32,000 nt of DNA from Trichlorobacter lovleyi SZ (GTDB lineage Bacteria > Desulfobacterota > Desulfuromonadia > Geobacterales > Pseudopelobacteraceae). A program made the position numbers and the translations under genes. A model generated the notes under the pieces. It saw only the letters and a list, made by a program, of their open reading frames with translations. It made no database searches and was not told the DNA's origin. Every line of letters starts with the position of its first letter. Positions within the stretch are counted from its first letter, which is position 1. The stretch is taken from contig NC_010814.1 of assembly GCF_000020385.1 (NCBI RefSeq), forward strand, positions 1,620,001 through 1,652,000, written 5' to 3'. Positions 1 to 9,471 of this stretch are shown here, piece after piece.

Positions 1-1
1 A

Positions 2-478
2 AACCTGCAACCGGATCTGTTGCTGTCCGCCCACTTTAATCAGCTGATCGGATCTGTGTTGCTTGATCTGCCATCAGTTGGTTGTCTGAATATTCACCCC
101 GGAGCGTTGCCGCAGTACAAGGGGGTTGATCCGGTGATTCATGCTCTGGACAGAGATGAACAGCGGGTGGGAGTGACACTGCATGTCCAGGATACCGGTT
201 TTGATACCGGTGCAGTTCTTGCCTCGGCTGAAGCTGCAGTAGCTGCGGAAGATACGTTGTTTTCTGTAACTATGCGGCTTTTCAGGCGGGGGACAGGCCT
301 GCTGCTTGATTGTCTGGCAGCGCATGGAGCTGTCTTGGAAGGGACTCCACAAGAAGCTGACGCTGCCTATGATTCATGGCCGGATAGCGGTTTGGTGGGG
401 CGGCTGAGGAGCTCTGGCAGGAGGTTAATAGGTGTAAGGTTGTTTTGGGTTTGTCTACGGGGCAACAGCCTGGAATAA
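2..478 (+). CDS. formyltransferase-family protein (Fmt/PurN/ArnA-like catalytic domain), 5'-truncated by the window edge
   Basis: Frame 2 is open from nt 2 (NLQPDLLLSAHFNQLIG...). It contains 'LNIHPGALPQYKGVDPV', which matches the formyl-transferase N(I/L)HPSLLPxxRG active-site pattern. Stop at 476-478. Convergent with the AOS gene (10-nt gap). Confidence 0.65.
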   Translation, partial: NLQPDLLLSAHFNQLIGSVLLDLPSVGCLNIHPGALPQYKGVDPVIHALDRDEQRVGVTLHVQDTGFDTGAVLASAEAAVAAEDTLFSVTMRLFRRGTGLLLDCLAAHGAVLEGTPQEADAAYDSWPDSGLVGRLRSSGRRLIGVRLFWVCLRGNSLE

Positions 479-488
479 CGTCACCTGT

Positions 489-1826
489 TCAGATCTCTTC
501 CGCAAGGATGGCAACGGTTTTCCTGATCTGCTCTTCCGTATGCAGGCATGAGATGAAAAAACGCAGCCGTGCAGATTTCTCCGGCACTGCTGGATAGATG
601 ATCGGCTGAACATTAATGCCACGCTCAAAGAGCGCCTCAGCAAGCCGGGCAGCCTTCAGAGAACTGCCGGTAATTGCCGGTATGATGGCAAGTCCGGCGC
701 TGCTGCCGGTATTGATCCCTGCCTCCTGTGCCAGTTTTAAAAAAAGTTGGCCCCGCGCTTTCAAGGTTGCTGTAAGTTCAGGTGTTTGACGTATAAGCTC
801 AAGGGCTGCCAGTGACGAGGCAGCAACTGAAGGCGGCATGCCGACACTGTAGAGAAAGCCGGGAGCAAGGAACTTGAGATGTTCGATCAGTGCGGTTTCC
901 CCTGCGATATAGCCACCACACCCTGCCAGTGCCTTGCTTAACGTCCCCATCCAGATATCAACGTCGCTCCCCTGCAAAGCAAAATGTTCCCGAATGCCAA
1001 GTCCTTTTTCTCCCATAATGCCGAACGAATGGGCTTCATCCACCATCAAAAAGGCGCAATAGCGTTTTTTTATCTCAACAAAAGCAGGCAGATCGGGATA
1101 ATCGCCATCCATGCTGTAGATTCCTTCAAGTACGATCAATACCCGTTCAAACTGGTGTCGTTGATTTTTCAGGATCTGATCCAGAGCGGTATAATCATTG
1201 TGGGGAAATGACAGCCGTTTGGCGCCTGAAAGCTGTATACCCTGCAGGATACTGTTGTGAATCAGTTCATCGTGGAGTACGAGATCTTTGGGGCCGAACA
1301 GGTAACCGATGGTGGATACGTTGGTGGCGTGACCACTGACAAATGCAATGGCATCATCAACCTGATAGGTCTCTGCAAGGGCTTTTTCAAGTTGCCGGTG
1401 GACAGGACGTTCCCCTGATACGGGGCGGCTGGCAGAAACAGAGGTGCCGTACTGGTCAATCGCCTGTTTGGATGCTTCGGCCACTGCGGGGTGGCCCACA
1501 AGCCCAAGATAGTTGTAGCTGGAATAGTTGATGTATTCTTTGCCGTTAATAACCGTGGTGGCGCCTGCAATACCTTCATGCAGTTTAAAAAAAGGATTGC
1601 TGATGCCAAGACGGACACCGCCATCATTTATTATGCGGAGTTGCTGATAACCGGGATGCAGATGAAAACGATAGAATTTTTCAGGAATTGTTGCTGACTC
1701 TGGTCGTGTGCTGCCGCTTGTAGCGGTTTCCTGGCGTTCTGCAGTTTGTAACCGCCGCTCAAGAGCCTGCAAAATCAGTGCATCTTTAAGTTGGGCGGTA
1801 AGTCCGTGCAATCCTTTACGAGGCAT
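489..1826 (-). CDS. PLP-dependent alpha-oxoamine synthase (BioF/Kbl/Spt/CqsA family acyl-transferring aminotransferase)
   Basis: 445 aa. Motifs: 'NYSSYNYLGL', 'SGHATN', 'MVDEAHSFG', and the PLP-lysine motif 'GTLSKALAGCGGYIAG' (Lys298, nt 933-935). Its ATG (1826) lies 1 nt from the PKS stop codon (1828-1830). Confidence 0.85.
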   Translation of the reverse strand: MPRKGLHGLTAQLKDALILQALERRLQTAERQETATSGSTRPESATIPEKFYRFHLHPGYQQLRIINDGGVRLGISNPFFKLHEGIAGATTVINGKEYINYSSYNYLGLVGHPAVAEASKQAIDQYGTSVSASRPVSGERPVHRQLEKALAETYQVDDAIAFVSGHATNVSTIGYLFGPKDLVLHDELIHNSILQGIQLSGAKRLSFPHNDYTALDQILKNQRHQFERVLIVLEGIYSMDGDYPDLPAFVEIKKRYCAFLMVDEAHSFGIMGEKGLGIREHFALQGSDVDIWMGTLSKALAGCGGYIAGETALIEHLKFLAPGFLYSVGMPPSVAASSLAALELIRQTPELTATLKARGQLFLKLAQEAGINTGSSAGLAIIPAITGSSLKAARLAEALFERGINVQPIIYPAVPEKSARLRFFISCLHTEEQIRKTVAILAEEI

Positions 1827-1827
1827 A

Positions 1828-4800
1828 TTACTGGATCATCCTTTTTTCGTCCGTTGCTGGAGTAGCATACACATCATGTACAATCTGCTCAATAATCTCC
1901 TCCGTGACCTCTGCGCCATGCTGAGAAACCGCCTGCTGAACCGATGCAACAGTTTCCTGGTGCGTACTGTTTTCAGCAATATCCCGGGATGAGGAAAGCT
2001 GGGTAAGCAGATGCTGCGCCAGTTTGGCTATGGTTGGGCTGTCAGTGAGTACCATGACCGGCACCTTGATACCAAATAGTGACTCCAGAGCAACTGCCAG
2101 TTCTACCCCCATTAACGAATCCAGTCCCATATCGGAAAGAAGGCGGTTCGGATCAATTTTAGTCGGATCAATTCTGAGTACCGTGCCTACTTCGTGTTTC
2201 AATAGATCCATGAAGGTTGACAGAATCTCTGTTTCTGAAAGTTCAGCCAACAGTTGCCGTATATCCGGTTTTTGCTCCTGTTGTTCACTGCTGCTGCCGG
2301 CCAGTTGCGAAAGTTTCATGAATTTTGGACTGTTAGCGCTTGGCAGTGAGCGGCTGAGGGTTTTCCAGTCCAGATCAAGTACACCAAGGCCGGACTGGTT
2401 AGCCAACAGCAGCTTTTCCAGCTGATCAAGGGCTGTGGAAGCACTGATCGCTTCACCCCCCAGGCGACTTTGCAGTGCATCCTTGATCTGTTGGTTCTGT
2501 GCAAGGAAGCCGGCGTCATCAATAGGGCTCCAGCCTACGCAAGTGACCGGCAGGCCGCATGTCTGGCGGTGGGCTGCAAATGCCTCAAGCCAATGGTTTG
2601 CCGCTACGTAGTTTCCCTGCCCGGGGTTGCCGAACAGGGTGGTTGCCGATGAAAAAAGGATGAAGTACTTAATCGGCAATTGCTGCGATAGTTCATGTAG
2701 ATAGGTGGCACCGAGTATTTTGGGGGCCAGGACCTGACTGATCTGTTGTTTGTCCATGGCCTTGATCAGGCCGTCCTGGATTACCATTGCGGCATGGACG
2801 ATCCCGGTAAGTGGAGGAAGTGTCTTAGCAATTTCGGCAAACAGCTGTGTCAGTGCAGCTTTTTCGGTGGTATCACATGCAGTGGCATGAACCGTAACGC
2901 CTGATCGTTGCAGTTGGCTGATTGCCTGTTTGGCTTCTTCTGAAACCGGGCCGCTTCGGCTGATAAGCACAAGGTTACGCACCCCTTTTTGCACGAGCCA
3001 TTCAGCGGTTTTAAGTCCAAAACCGCTCAGGCCTCCGGTTATCAGAAAGGTGGCGTCAGGCGGTAAAACGAGACTGCCTGCAGCTGTTTTTGCGTCACAG
3101 GCCGGGACGGTGACCCCGTTTTTATAGGTGACTACGATCTTGCCGATTTGACGTGACTGTTGCATGTATCTGAAGGCATTTACGATGTCGTTGGCATCAA
3201 AGGTCTGGAACGGCAACGGATGGAAAACCCCTTCGGTAAAGAGCGACATAATCTGCTTGAACAGTGTGCGGGTTAGATCCGGGCGTTCCTGCATCAGCTG
3301 GTCGGCATCAATGCCAAAGTAACTGATGTTGTTTCTGAAGGGGCGCAGACCGATGCGGGTATTTTCGTAGTAGTCCCGCTTGCCTAACTCCAGAAACCGT
3401 CCGAACGGTTTGAGTATCCGCAGGTTCCGATTGATCGCTTCGCCGGAAAGGGAGTTCAGCACAACATCAACACCGCTGCCACCTGTCCGGGCCAGTAGTT
3501 CATCAGCAAAATGCAAAGAACGCGAATCATAGATAAAGTCAATTCCAAGCATACGCAGGAAGTCACGCTTTTCATCGGTACCGGCAGTTGCATGGATTTC
3601 AGCTCCGCACCATCGTGCGACCTGAATGGCGGCAATACCGACACCCCCGGCGGCCCCGTGGATCAGTACTTTTTCTCCCGGTGCAACTCTGGCGAGATAA
3701 TGCAGTGCATAAAAACTGGTAAAAAAGGTTGCCGGGATGGTTACGGCAGCTTCAAAGGATAAACCGGCCGGAATGAAGGAGACCGCGTTGGATTTGGTGA
3801 TGACACGATTGCTGAAACAGGCCGGGCCGAACCCCACCAGATGGTCACCGGGGGCAAACTCCTGCACTGACTCTCCAACACGAACAACAGTGCCGGAAAA
3901 TTCCATACCAAGGGTTGGTCCGGCAAAACCGTTTTCAACTGCTTCATCAGACAGCAGGCCAAGGGTGTACATGAAATCGCGGAAATTAAGGCCGGTGGCA
4001 TGGACCTCTATCTCTATTTCATCGCCTTTCGGTGCAGAACCGACGCAGGACTCCCAGCGCAGGTTACGTAGCTGTCCGGGAAACTGGAAGCCCAGGCGGT
4101 AGCAGGGGGAAGCAGCCTGCGGAGACTGTCCTTGGAGGAAGATTGTTGAAGCAGGCAGAAGTTGCAGACGGGTTGCAAAACGTCTGCCGTCAGAGTTGAT
4201 ACATATTTCCTGCTCGTCATCCGGCTGGATAAGCTCTTTTATGAGTGCAGATGCCATTGTCTCAAGATCAGCTGGCATTTCAAGGTCAACCATGCGTATG
4301 GAACCTGAGGGCATTTCATTGATCAGGGTACGTCCCAATCCCCATAGTGCAGCATCGGCTGAAAAATTGACCTTATCGGCATGTCGGGCAGCTGTCTGTA
4401 TCGGCAGCAGATAGCTGGCAGCGTTGGCACTGATTAACCAGCAGGTGGTGCTGGTCTGTGTTGCTTCAGATGCAGCGACAATTGCGGCTGTCGTGGCACA
4501 ACGGTCGGTTTCTCTGGAAAAGTCCGAGATTGGATCATCAAGTGGTTCCGACCGAAAGCCGCTGAGATGGAGAATTCCGGTTAGTACTCCATATGATTTT
4601 TTTATGTTCTGCAACTGATCTGCAATGGCCTCTCTGGAAGTGAGTGTGGAGAGGACAGCCCGCCCTCCAGCGTCCTTGAGCCTGTTTGAAAGCTCATTCG
4701 CCAGCTGGCCTGAATCGCCTTGTTCATCAGACAGGATCAGCCAGACAGCTTCTGTATTTATAAGCAAAGGTGGGGCTGAAACAGGTGCTGCTTCAGGCTT

Positions 4801-7800
4801 GCGGCCAAGTAACAGATACGGACCCGATGAGGCTTTGGGGGATAGTTCATGGCACTCAAGTTCAGTCAGACCTTGCTGTTCCAGCTGTTTCTGCCAGAAA
4901 GCGGGCGGTTGCTGCTGGGATTGCGGTGTTGCCGAACTGCTGTCGCGCCACCAGTCGGTGCGACAGCCAAATACAAAATCGGTCCATCGTGACGGGTGGT
5001 GACCAATGAAGATCACCACTCCTTCCGGGGCCAGATACGTTAATGCGGTACGTATACTATCAGAAGCCGCCTCAATGGTAGGGAAGTCAGACTGTATAAT
5101 TGCCAGATCATACAACCGGCCACCAACAGGCTGTTCAAAGGATGCTGATGGTTCAATCAGCTGAATCTCTGCAGCTGGAAACCGGTCAAGCTGTTGTCGC
5201 GCTTCATCGGCGGTTTCGCCGTTATGAGTTGCAAAGAGATAGCTGCACTGATCGAAATCCAGCAGTTGGCAGATTGCGGAAGCAAAGAGTGGCAGGCCAT
5301 CGCTGACCTCAATGATGCCGAGGCGGCTTCCTGTGGGAAGAGTGGTAAGCCCATTGACAAGCAGCTTGTGCAAGGCATCTTCAATTTTGCTTTTTGCTGC
5401 AGCCCCTAACAGATTCCGGGTAAGGGATGTCAGCGAACCGGGTGCAGGTAGAAACCCTGCGGCACCTGGTTCAGAAAAAAGCTTGTGTAGATGCAGTCCT
5501 ACCTGTGAAACGCTATGGAGGATCGGAAAGTAGTCGGGGTAATCGTGAAACAGGCTGTTCCAGATATCCTGCGCAGCGATACTGTTTGTGTCAGGGGCAG
5601 AGATCTTAAAGCCCGTTTCCGTTGGCGTCAGCAGGGCATCCTGAACCAATAGATCTATCAGGTGTTCAAGATAGCGTGTCTGTCCCGGATTTTTTGAGTG
5701 GAATCCCTGAATTGTTGCGTTGTCAAGTTGTTGCGCCTCATCGGCCAGTGGCTGGAGTGCCTCCAGGGTGAAACGGCTGCAGAGTACATCAAGCAGCGGA
5801 TCAACCTCTTCAGAATAGCATCGATGTGTGCCTTTAAGCACGGCTTGCCTTACTGCCTCACTCATCTCATGCCTGAACAGTTGAAAAGGTAGTGGTGATG
5901 CACAGCGCGGTGTCAACGGATGAGGGCTTGGTATGCTGTGATAGGCCAGAAATCTGAGTCTTGCATCCGTACGTTTGATACTGAGGCGGACAGCACGGAA
6001 ACGAGCTTCCTGAATAATGGCGATTGGTAAGCCTTCGGCATCGGCAATGACGAATTCCGCTGTCAGCGAGTGCGGAGCACGGCGCAGCATTGTCGCCCTG
6101 GCCCGTTGCGGGATGCGTTGGATATCATGCAGGAACAGCCGCCCGATTTTTACCGGGATAAAGATAATGCCGCTCTGCTCGGACAGTTGCTCCTGCATAA
6201 GCTGAAAGATCAACTGGAAGGCACAATCCAGGTAGGCCGGGTGCAGATGGAAGGTGGAGAGGTTAGTGTTATCTGGTGTTTCTTCGGCTTTGTAGATAGC
6301 AGTAACAGTGTTGTTTTCAATCCAACCGGATTTAATGACCTGAAATGCCGGGCCATACCCCAGTCCGGCAGCTGTGGTAAGCTGATGATGTTCTGCGCCG
6401 GAGAAATCCGGAAATCTTTCAGGCAGGGTGATTCGCTGTTCCTGGTGTATCCTGACAGGAGAACCCTGCAGGATTCTTGCTGAGACATGCAGTTCCCATG
6501 GTTCAGTGCTGGTTAATTCCCTGCCTTTGATAGTCAGATCGCCACGGGCTGGATCAACGGCTACGCGAATCAGTTTTGAATGGTTATCTTTAATGAGCAA
6601 AGGGGCATGAATTTCCAGCTCTTCGATCTCACAGTACTCAGCAGGCTGCCAGGCGTGGGAGGCGGCCAATGTCAGTTCGGCAAAACCGGCAGCGGGAAAG
6701 ACAACAGCATCGCCGACCTGATGGTCTGCCAGCAGGGGAATGAGCCGGGTATCAAGTTGGTTTTCCCAGGTAAGCTCATGCTGAGCAAGCCTGTAACCTA
6801 AAAAGGCATGTAGTTTGTAACGGTGCAGTAGACCATATGATTCAGGTGTTACGGTGTGCCAGTACTGTTCCCGCTGCCATGGATAATGGGGCAGTTCCAC
6901 TACGCCAGCTTTTTCAGGGAAGAAAACAGTCCAGTCAATGGGGACGCCGCTGATGATTGTTTGACTTACCGCAGCTGTCATTCTTTGCGGGGTATCATCG
7001 CCACGCATGCCGGTGGTGATGATACGTCCCGGCAGAGCTGTTTCATTCAGGCAGTCCTGCAGGTAGCTGCGCAGGATCGCGTTCGGGCTGATCTCGATAA
7101 AGACGTTCAAGCCGTCTGCAAGCAATTGCTTGATGGTGCGGTCGAATTGAACCGGTTTACGCAGGTTATGCCACCAGTAGGCAGCATCAAGTGCTGTTCC
7201 GTTAAGTTGTCCTCCGGTGACTGTTGAGTAAAACGAGACAGACGCTGTTTGCGGTGCAAGCGAAGCAAGTGCCGAGATAATACCCGGTTCAAGCGGGTCC
7301 ATTGCCGGACTGTGGAAGGCGTAGTCAAGGGCAAGGCGTTTGTTAAATATGTTCCGGTTTGCAAGGGCTGATTCAAGCGCGCTCAATCCCTCAGTCGTTC
7401 CAGCGATCGTAACCCCTTTGCCGCTATTGCTGCCTGCAATCGTCAGGACGTCAGCGAGCCCAAGCGTGAAGAGCAATTGTTGGGCATCAGCTTCTCCTAA
7501 TCCGATTGCGCTCATTTGCCCCTGGCCTTTTGTCGTGCCTTGGAGTTTGCTGCGATGGTAGATAACCCGCACTGCAGCTTCCAGTGACAAGGCGCCAGAT
7601 GCCCAGGCAGCTGCAACTTCACCAACACTGTGGCCGGTGACTGCTGTTGGGCTGACACCACGTTCGTGAAGCATCCGGGTTATGCCGACCTGGATGGCAA
7701 ACAGTGCCGGTTGCGCAATTTCAGTGTCGGCATAGCGGTCAATGCCATACTGTCCGCTCAGCTCTTTTTCAAGAGACCAGTCCGCATACTGAGTGAAGAA

Positions 7801-9471
7801 GAAGTCTATTTCCTGGACAGTTTTAAGAAATAGTGGGTCAGCCAGAAGGGCTTTGCCCATGCCGAACCACTGGGCCCCATTACCGGAGTAAACAAATACT
7901 GGGCCTGCTGGCATTGCCACAGGAGTGCCTGTCAGGATGGTTTCATTATCTAAGAATGTACGCAGTTGCTTGGCTATTTCCGCGTGAGTGCTGCCGAAAA
8001 TAACGCTTTGGTATTCAAATAACTCTCGACGGAAGAGAGCGTTGTAGGTGATGTCATACAAGGGGGTCTGTTGATTGCTATCCAGGTATGCTGCAATGTC
8101 TCTGGCTGATGTTTTTAAGGCATCCATGTTCTTAGCAGAAAGTATCAGAGGGAGCACCTGGAGGCTTACTTTTTTTGAGCTGCTGGCTGAAGGCTCGTAA
8201 CTTTTCAGTACAACGTGGGCGTTAGCCCCCCCGAAACCAAAGGAGTTGACGCCAATAATAATCTCACCGTTCTTGGTAATGGGTCTGCAATCGGTAGCCA
8301 CCTCAATATTCAAATCGTTAAATGGAATTGCCGGGTTGAGCTGGGTAATGCCGATGGTGGCAGGGATGGCACGGTTCTGGATGCACAGCAGTGCCTTAAC
8401 CAGGCCAGCGACACCTGCGGCTGACTCAAGATGCCCCAGATTGCTTTTAACAGAGCCGATGAGCAGTGGCTTTCCTTCGGGGCGCTGTTTGCCCAATGCT
8501 TCACCAATAGCCTGCACTTCTATGGGGTCGCCAACAGTAGTACCGGTGCCATGTGCCTCAATGTAGTCAATCTCTGCAGGCGCTATGCCGGCTCGCAGAT
8601 AGGCTTGCTTCAAGAGGGTTGACTGAGCTTTTGCACTTGGTACGGTCAAACCTGATTTCCGGCCATCCGTATTGACTGCAGAGGCAGCCACTACAGCCAG
8701 TATCTGGTCTCCATCAGCCACAGCCTGATTGTACTCTTTCAGCAGAAACAGGCCGGCACCTTCAGAGCGGACATAGCCATCGCATGCTGCGTCAAACACG
8801 TTGCAATGGCCTTGTTTAGACAGCATGGATGCCTTAGAAAAAGCAACAAATGTATACGGGTGTAGGTGCAGGCTGACCCCTCCTGCCAAGGCCATACTGC
8901 TTTCGCCTGATGCTATGGATACACAAGCTTGGTGAAAGGCAACCAACGAGGATGAGCAGGCTGTATCGATTGCCATACTGGGACCGTGCAGGTCAAAGAA
9001 GTACGAGAGGCGATTTGCGGCAATGCTTGAGGTGTTTCCTGTCCCGGAAGAGGAGTCGATCGCTGCGAGATCGTCAGTGAGGCGAAAGGCATAGTCGATA
9101 TTCGAAACTCCAATATAGACGCCGCATCGGCTACCCCTTAAGGATGAAGGTTTTATTCCGGCGTGTTCACAAGCTTCCCAGCCAAGCTCTAGTAACAGGC
9201 GTTGTTGAGGATCCATGACAGCAGCTTCACGTGGAGAAATACCAAAAAAACCTGCGTCAAAGAGTGAAACATCGCCAATTGGGCCGGCTGTGAAGGAGTA
9301 ACTGGCTCCGGGGTGATCCTTGTCTGGATGATAAAATGTTTCCTGGCTCCAACGGTTATTCGGAACACTTGTTACCAGATCACGACCTTGTAACAGGTCG
9401 TTCCAGAACGCTTCTTGAGTAGTGTTGGGCAGTCTGAATGAAAATCCAATGATGGCAACAGTTGGTGGCAT
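1828..9471 (-). CDS. type I polyketide synthase, FAS/MAS-like fully reducing single module: KS-AT-DH-(degenerate MT)-psiKR-ER-KR-ACP, no thioesterase
   Basis: 2547 aa. KS: 'DTACSSSL' (Cys172), 'EAHGTGT', 'KSNLGH', about nt 8197-9465. AT: 'GHSVGE' (Ser614) and 'YAFHS', about 6982-7902. DH: 'HQVGDAVVFP', 'GYGPAF', 'LDCAFQ', about 5977-6819. MT-like region without GxGxG: 'IIEVSDGLP', about 4792-5874. ER: 'LIHGAAGGVGIAA', about 3127-4089. KR: 'ITGGLSGFG', 'GQGNYVAAN', about 2512-3054. ACP: 'GLDSLMG' (Ser2452, nt 2116-2118). AGGA lies 5 nt upstream of the ATG. Confidence 0.95.
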   Translation of the reverse strand: MPPTVAIIGFSFRLPNTTQEAFWNDLLQGRDLVTSVPNNRWSQETFYHPDKDHPGASYSFTAGPIGDVSLFDAGFFGISPREAAVMDPQQRLLLELGWEACEHAGIKPSSLRGSRCGVYIGVSNIDYAFRLTDDLAAIDSSSGTGNTSSIAANRLSYFFDLHGPSMAIDTACSSSLVAFHQACVSIASGESSMALAGGVSLHLHPYTFVAFSKASMLSKQGHCNVFDAACDGYVRSEGAGLFLLKEYNQAVADGDQILAVVAASAVNTDGRKSGLTVPSAKAQSTLLKQAYLRAGIAPAEIDYIEAHGTGTTVGDPIEVQAIGEALGKQRPEGKPLLIGSVKSNLGHLESAAGVAGLVKALLCIQNRAIPATIGITQLNPAIPFNDLNIEVATDCRPITKNGEIIIGVNSFGFGGANAHVVLKSYEPSASSSKKVSLQVLPLILSAKNMDALKTSARDIAAYLDSNQQTPLYDITYNALFRRELFEYQSVIFGSTHAEIAKQLRTFLDNETILTGTPVAMPAGPVFVYSGNGAQWFGMGKALLADPLFLKTVQEIDFFFTQYADWSLEKELSGQYGIDRYADTEIAQPALFAIQVGITRMLHERGVSPTAVTGHSVGEVAAAWASGALSLEAAVRVIYHRSKLQGTTKGQGQMSAIGLGEADAQQLLFTLGLADVLTIAGSNSGKGVTIAGTTEGLSALESALANRNIFNKRLALDYAFHSPAMDPLEPGIISALASLAPQTASVSFYSTVTGGQLNGTALDAAYWWHNLRKPVQFDRTIKQLLADGLNVFIEISPNAILRSYLQDCLNETALPGRIITTGMRGDDTPQRMTAAVSQTIISGVPIDWTVFFPEKAGVVELPHYPWQREQYWHTVTPESYGLLHRYKLHAFLGYRLAQHELTWENQLDTRLIPLLADHQVGDAVVFPAAGFAELTLAASHAWQPAEYCEIEELEIHAPLLIKDNHSKLIRVAVDPARGDLTIKGRELTSTEPWELHVSARILQGSPVRIHQEQRITLPERFPDFSGAEHHQLTTAAGLGYGPAFQVIKSGWIENNTVTAIYKAEETPDNTNLSTFHLHPAYLDCAFQLIFQLMQEQLSEQSGIIFIPVKIGRLFLHDIQRIPQRARATMLRRAPHSLTAEFVIADAEGLPIAIIQEARFRAVRLSIKRTDARLRFLAYHSIPSPHPLTPRCASPLPFQLFRHEMSEAVRQAVLKGTHRCYSEEVDPLLDVLCSRFTLEALQPLADEAQQLDNATIQGFHSKNPGQTRYLEHLIDLLVQDALLTPTETGFKISAPDTNSIAAQDIWNSLFHDYPDYFPILHSVSQVGLHLHKLFSEPGAAGFLPAPGSLTSLTRNLLGAAAKSKIEDALHKLLVNGLTTLPTGSRLGIIEVSDGLPLFASAICQLLDFDQCSYLFATHNGETADEARQQLDRFPAAEIQLIEPSASFEQPVGGRLYDLAIIQSDFPTIEAASDSIRTALTYLAPEGVVIFIGHHPSRWTDFVFGCRTDWWRDSSSATPQSQQQPPAFWQKQLEQQGLTELECHELSPKASSGPYLLLGRKPEAAPVSAPPLLINTEAVWLILSDEQGDSGQLANELSNRLKDAGGRAVLSTLTSREAIADQLQNIKKSYGVLTGILHLSGFRSEPLDDPISDFSRETDRCATTAAIVAASEATQTSTTCWLISANAASYLLPIQTAARHADKVNFSADAALWGLGRTLINEMPSGSIRMVDLEMPADLETMASALIKELIQPDDEQEICINSDGRRFATRLQLLPASTIFLQGQSPQAASPCYRLGFQFPGQLRNLRWESCVGSAPKGDEIEIEVHATGLNFRDFMYTLGLLSDEAVENGFAGPTLGMEFSGTVVRVGESVQEFAPGDHLVGFGPACFSNRVITKSNAVSFIPAGLSFEAAVTIPATFFTSFYALHYLARVAPGEKVLIHGAAGGVGIAAIQVARWCGAEIHATAGTDEKRDFLRMLGIDFIYDSRSLHFADELLARTGGSGVDVVLNSLSGEAINRNLRILKPFGRFLELGKRDYYENTRIGLRPFRNNISYFGIDADQLMQERPDLTRTLFKQIMSLFTEGVFHPLPFQTFDANDIVNAFRYMQQSRQIGKIVVTYKNGVTVPACDAKTAAGSLVLPPDATFLITGGLSGFGLKTAEWLVQKGVRNLVLISRSGPVSEEAKQAISQLQRSGVTVHATACDTTEKAALTQLFAEIAKTLPPLTGIVHAAMVIQDGLIKAMDKQQISQVLAPKILGATYLHELSQQLPIKYFILFSSATTLFGNPGQGNYVAANHWLEAFAAHRQTCGLPVTCVGWSPIDDAGFLAQNQQIKDALQSRLGGEAISASTALDQLEKLLLANQSGLGVLDLDWKTLSRSLPSANSPKFMKLSQLAGSSSEQQEQKPDIRQLLAELSETEILSTFMDLLKHEVGTVLRIDPTKIDPNRLLSDMGLDSLMGVELAVALESLFGIKVPVMVLTDSPTIAKLAQHLLTQLSSSRDIAENSTHQETVASVQQAVSQHGAEVTEEIIEQIVHDVYATPATDEKRMIQ

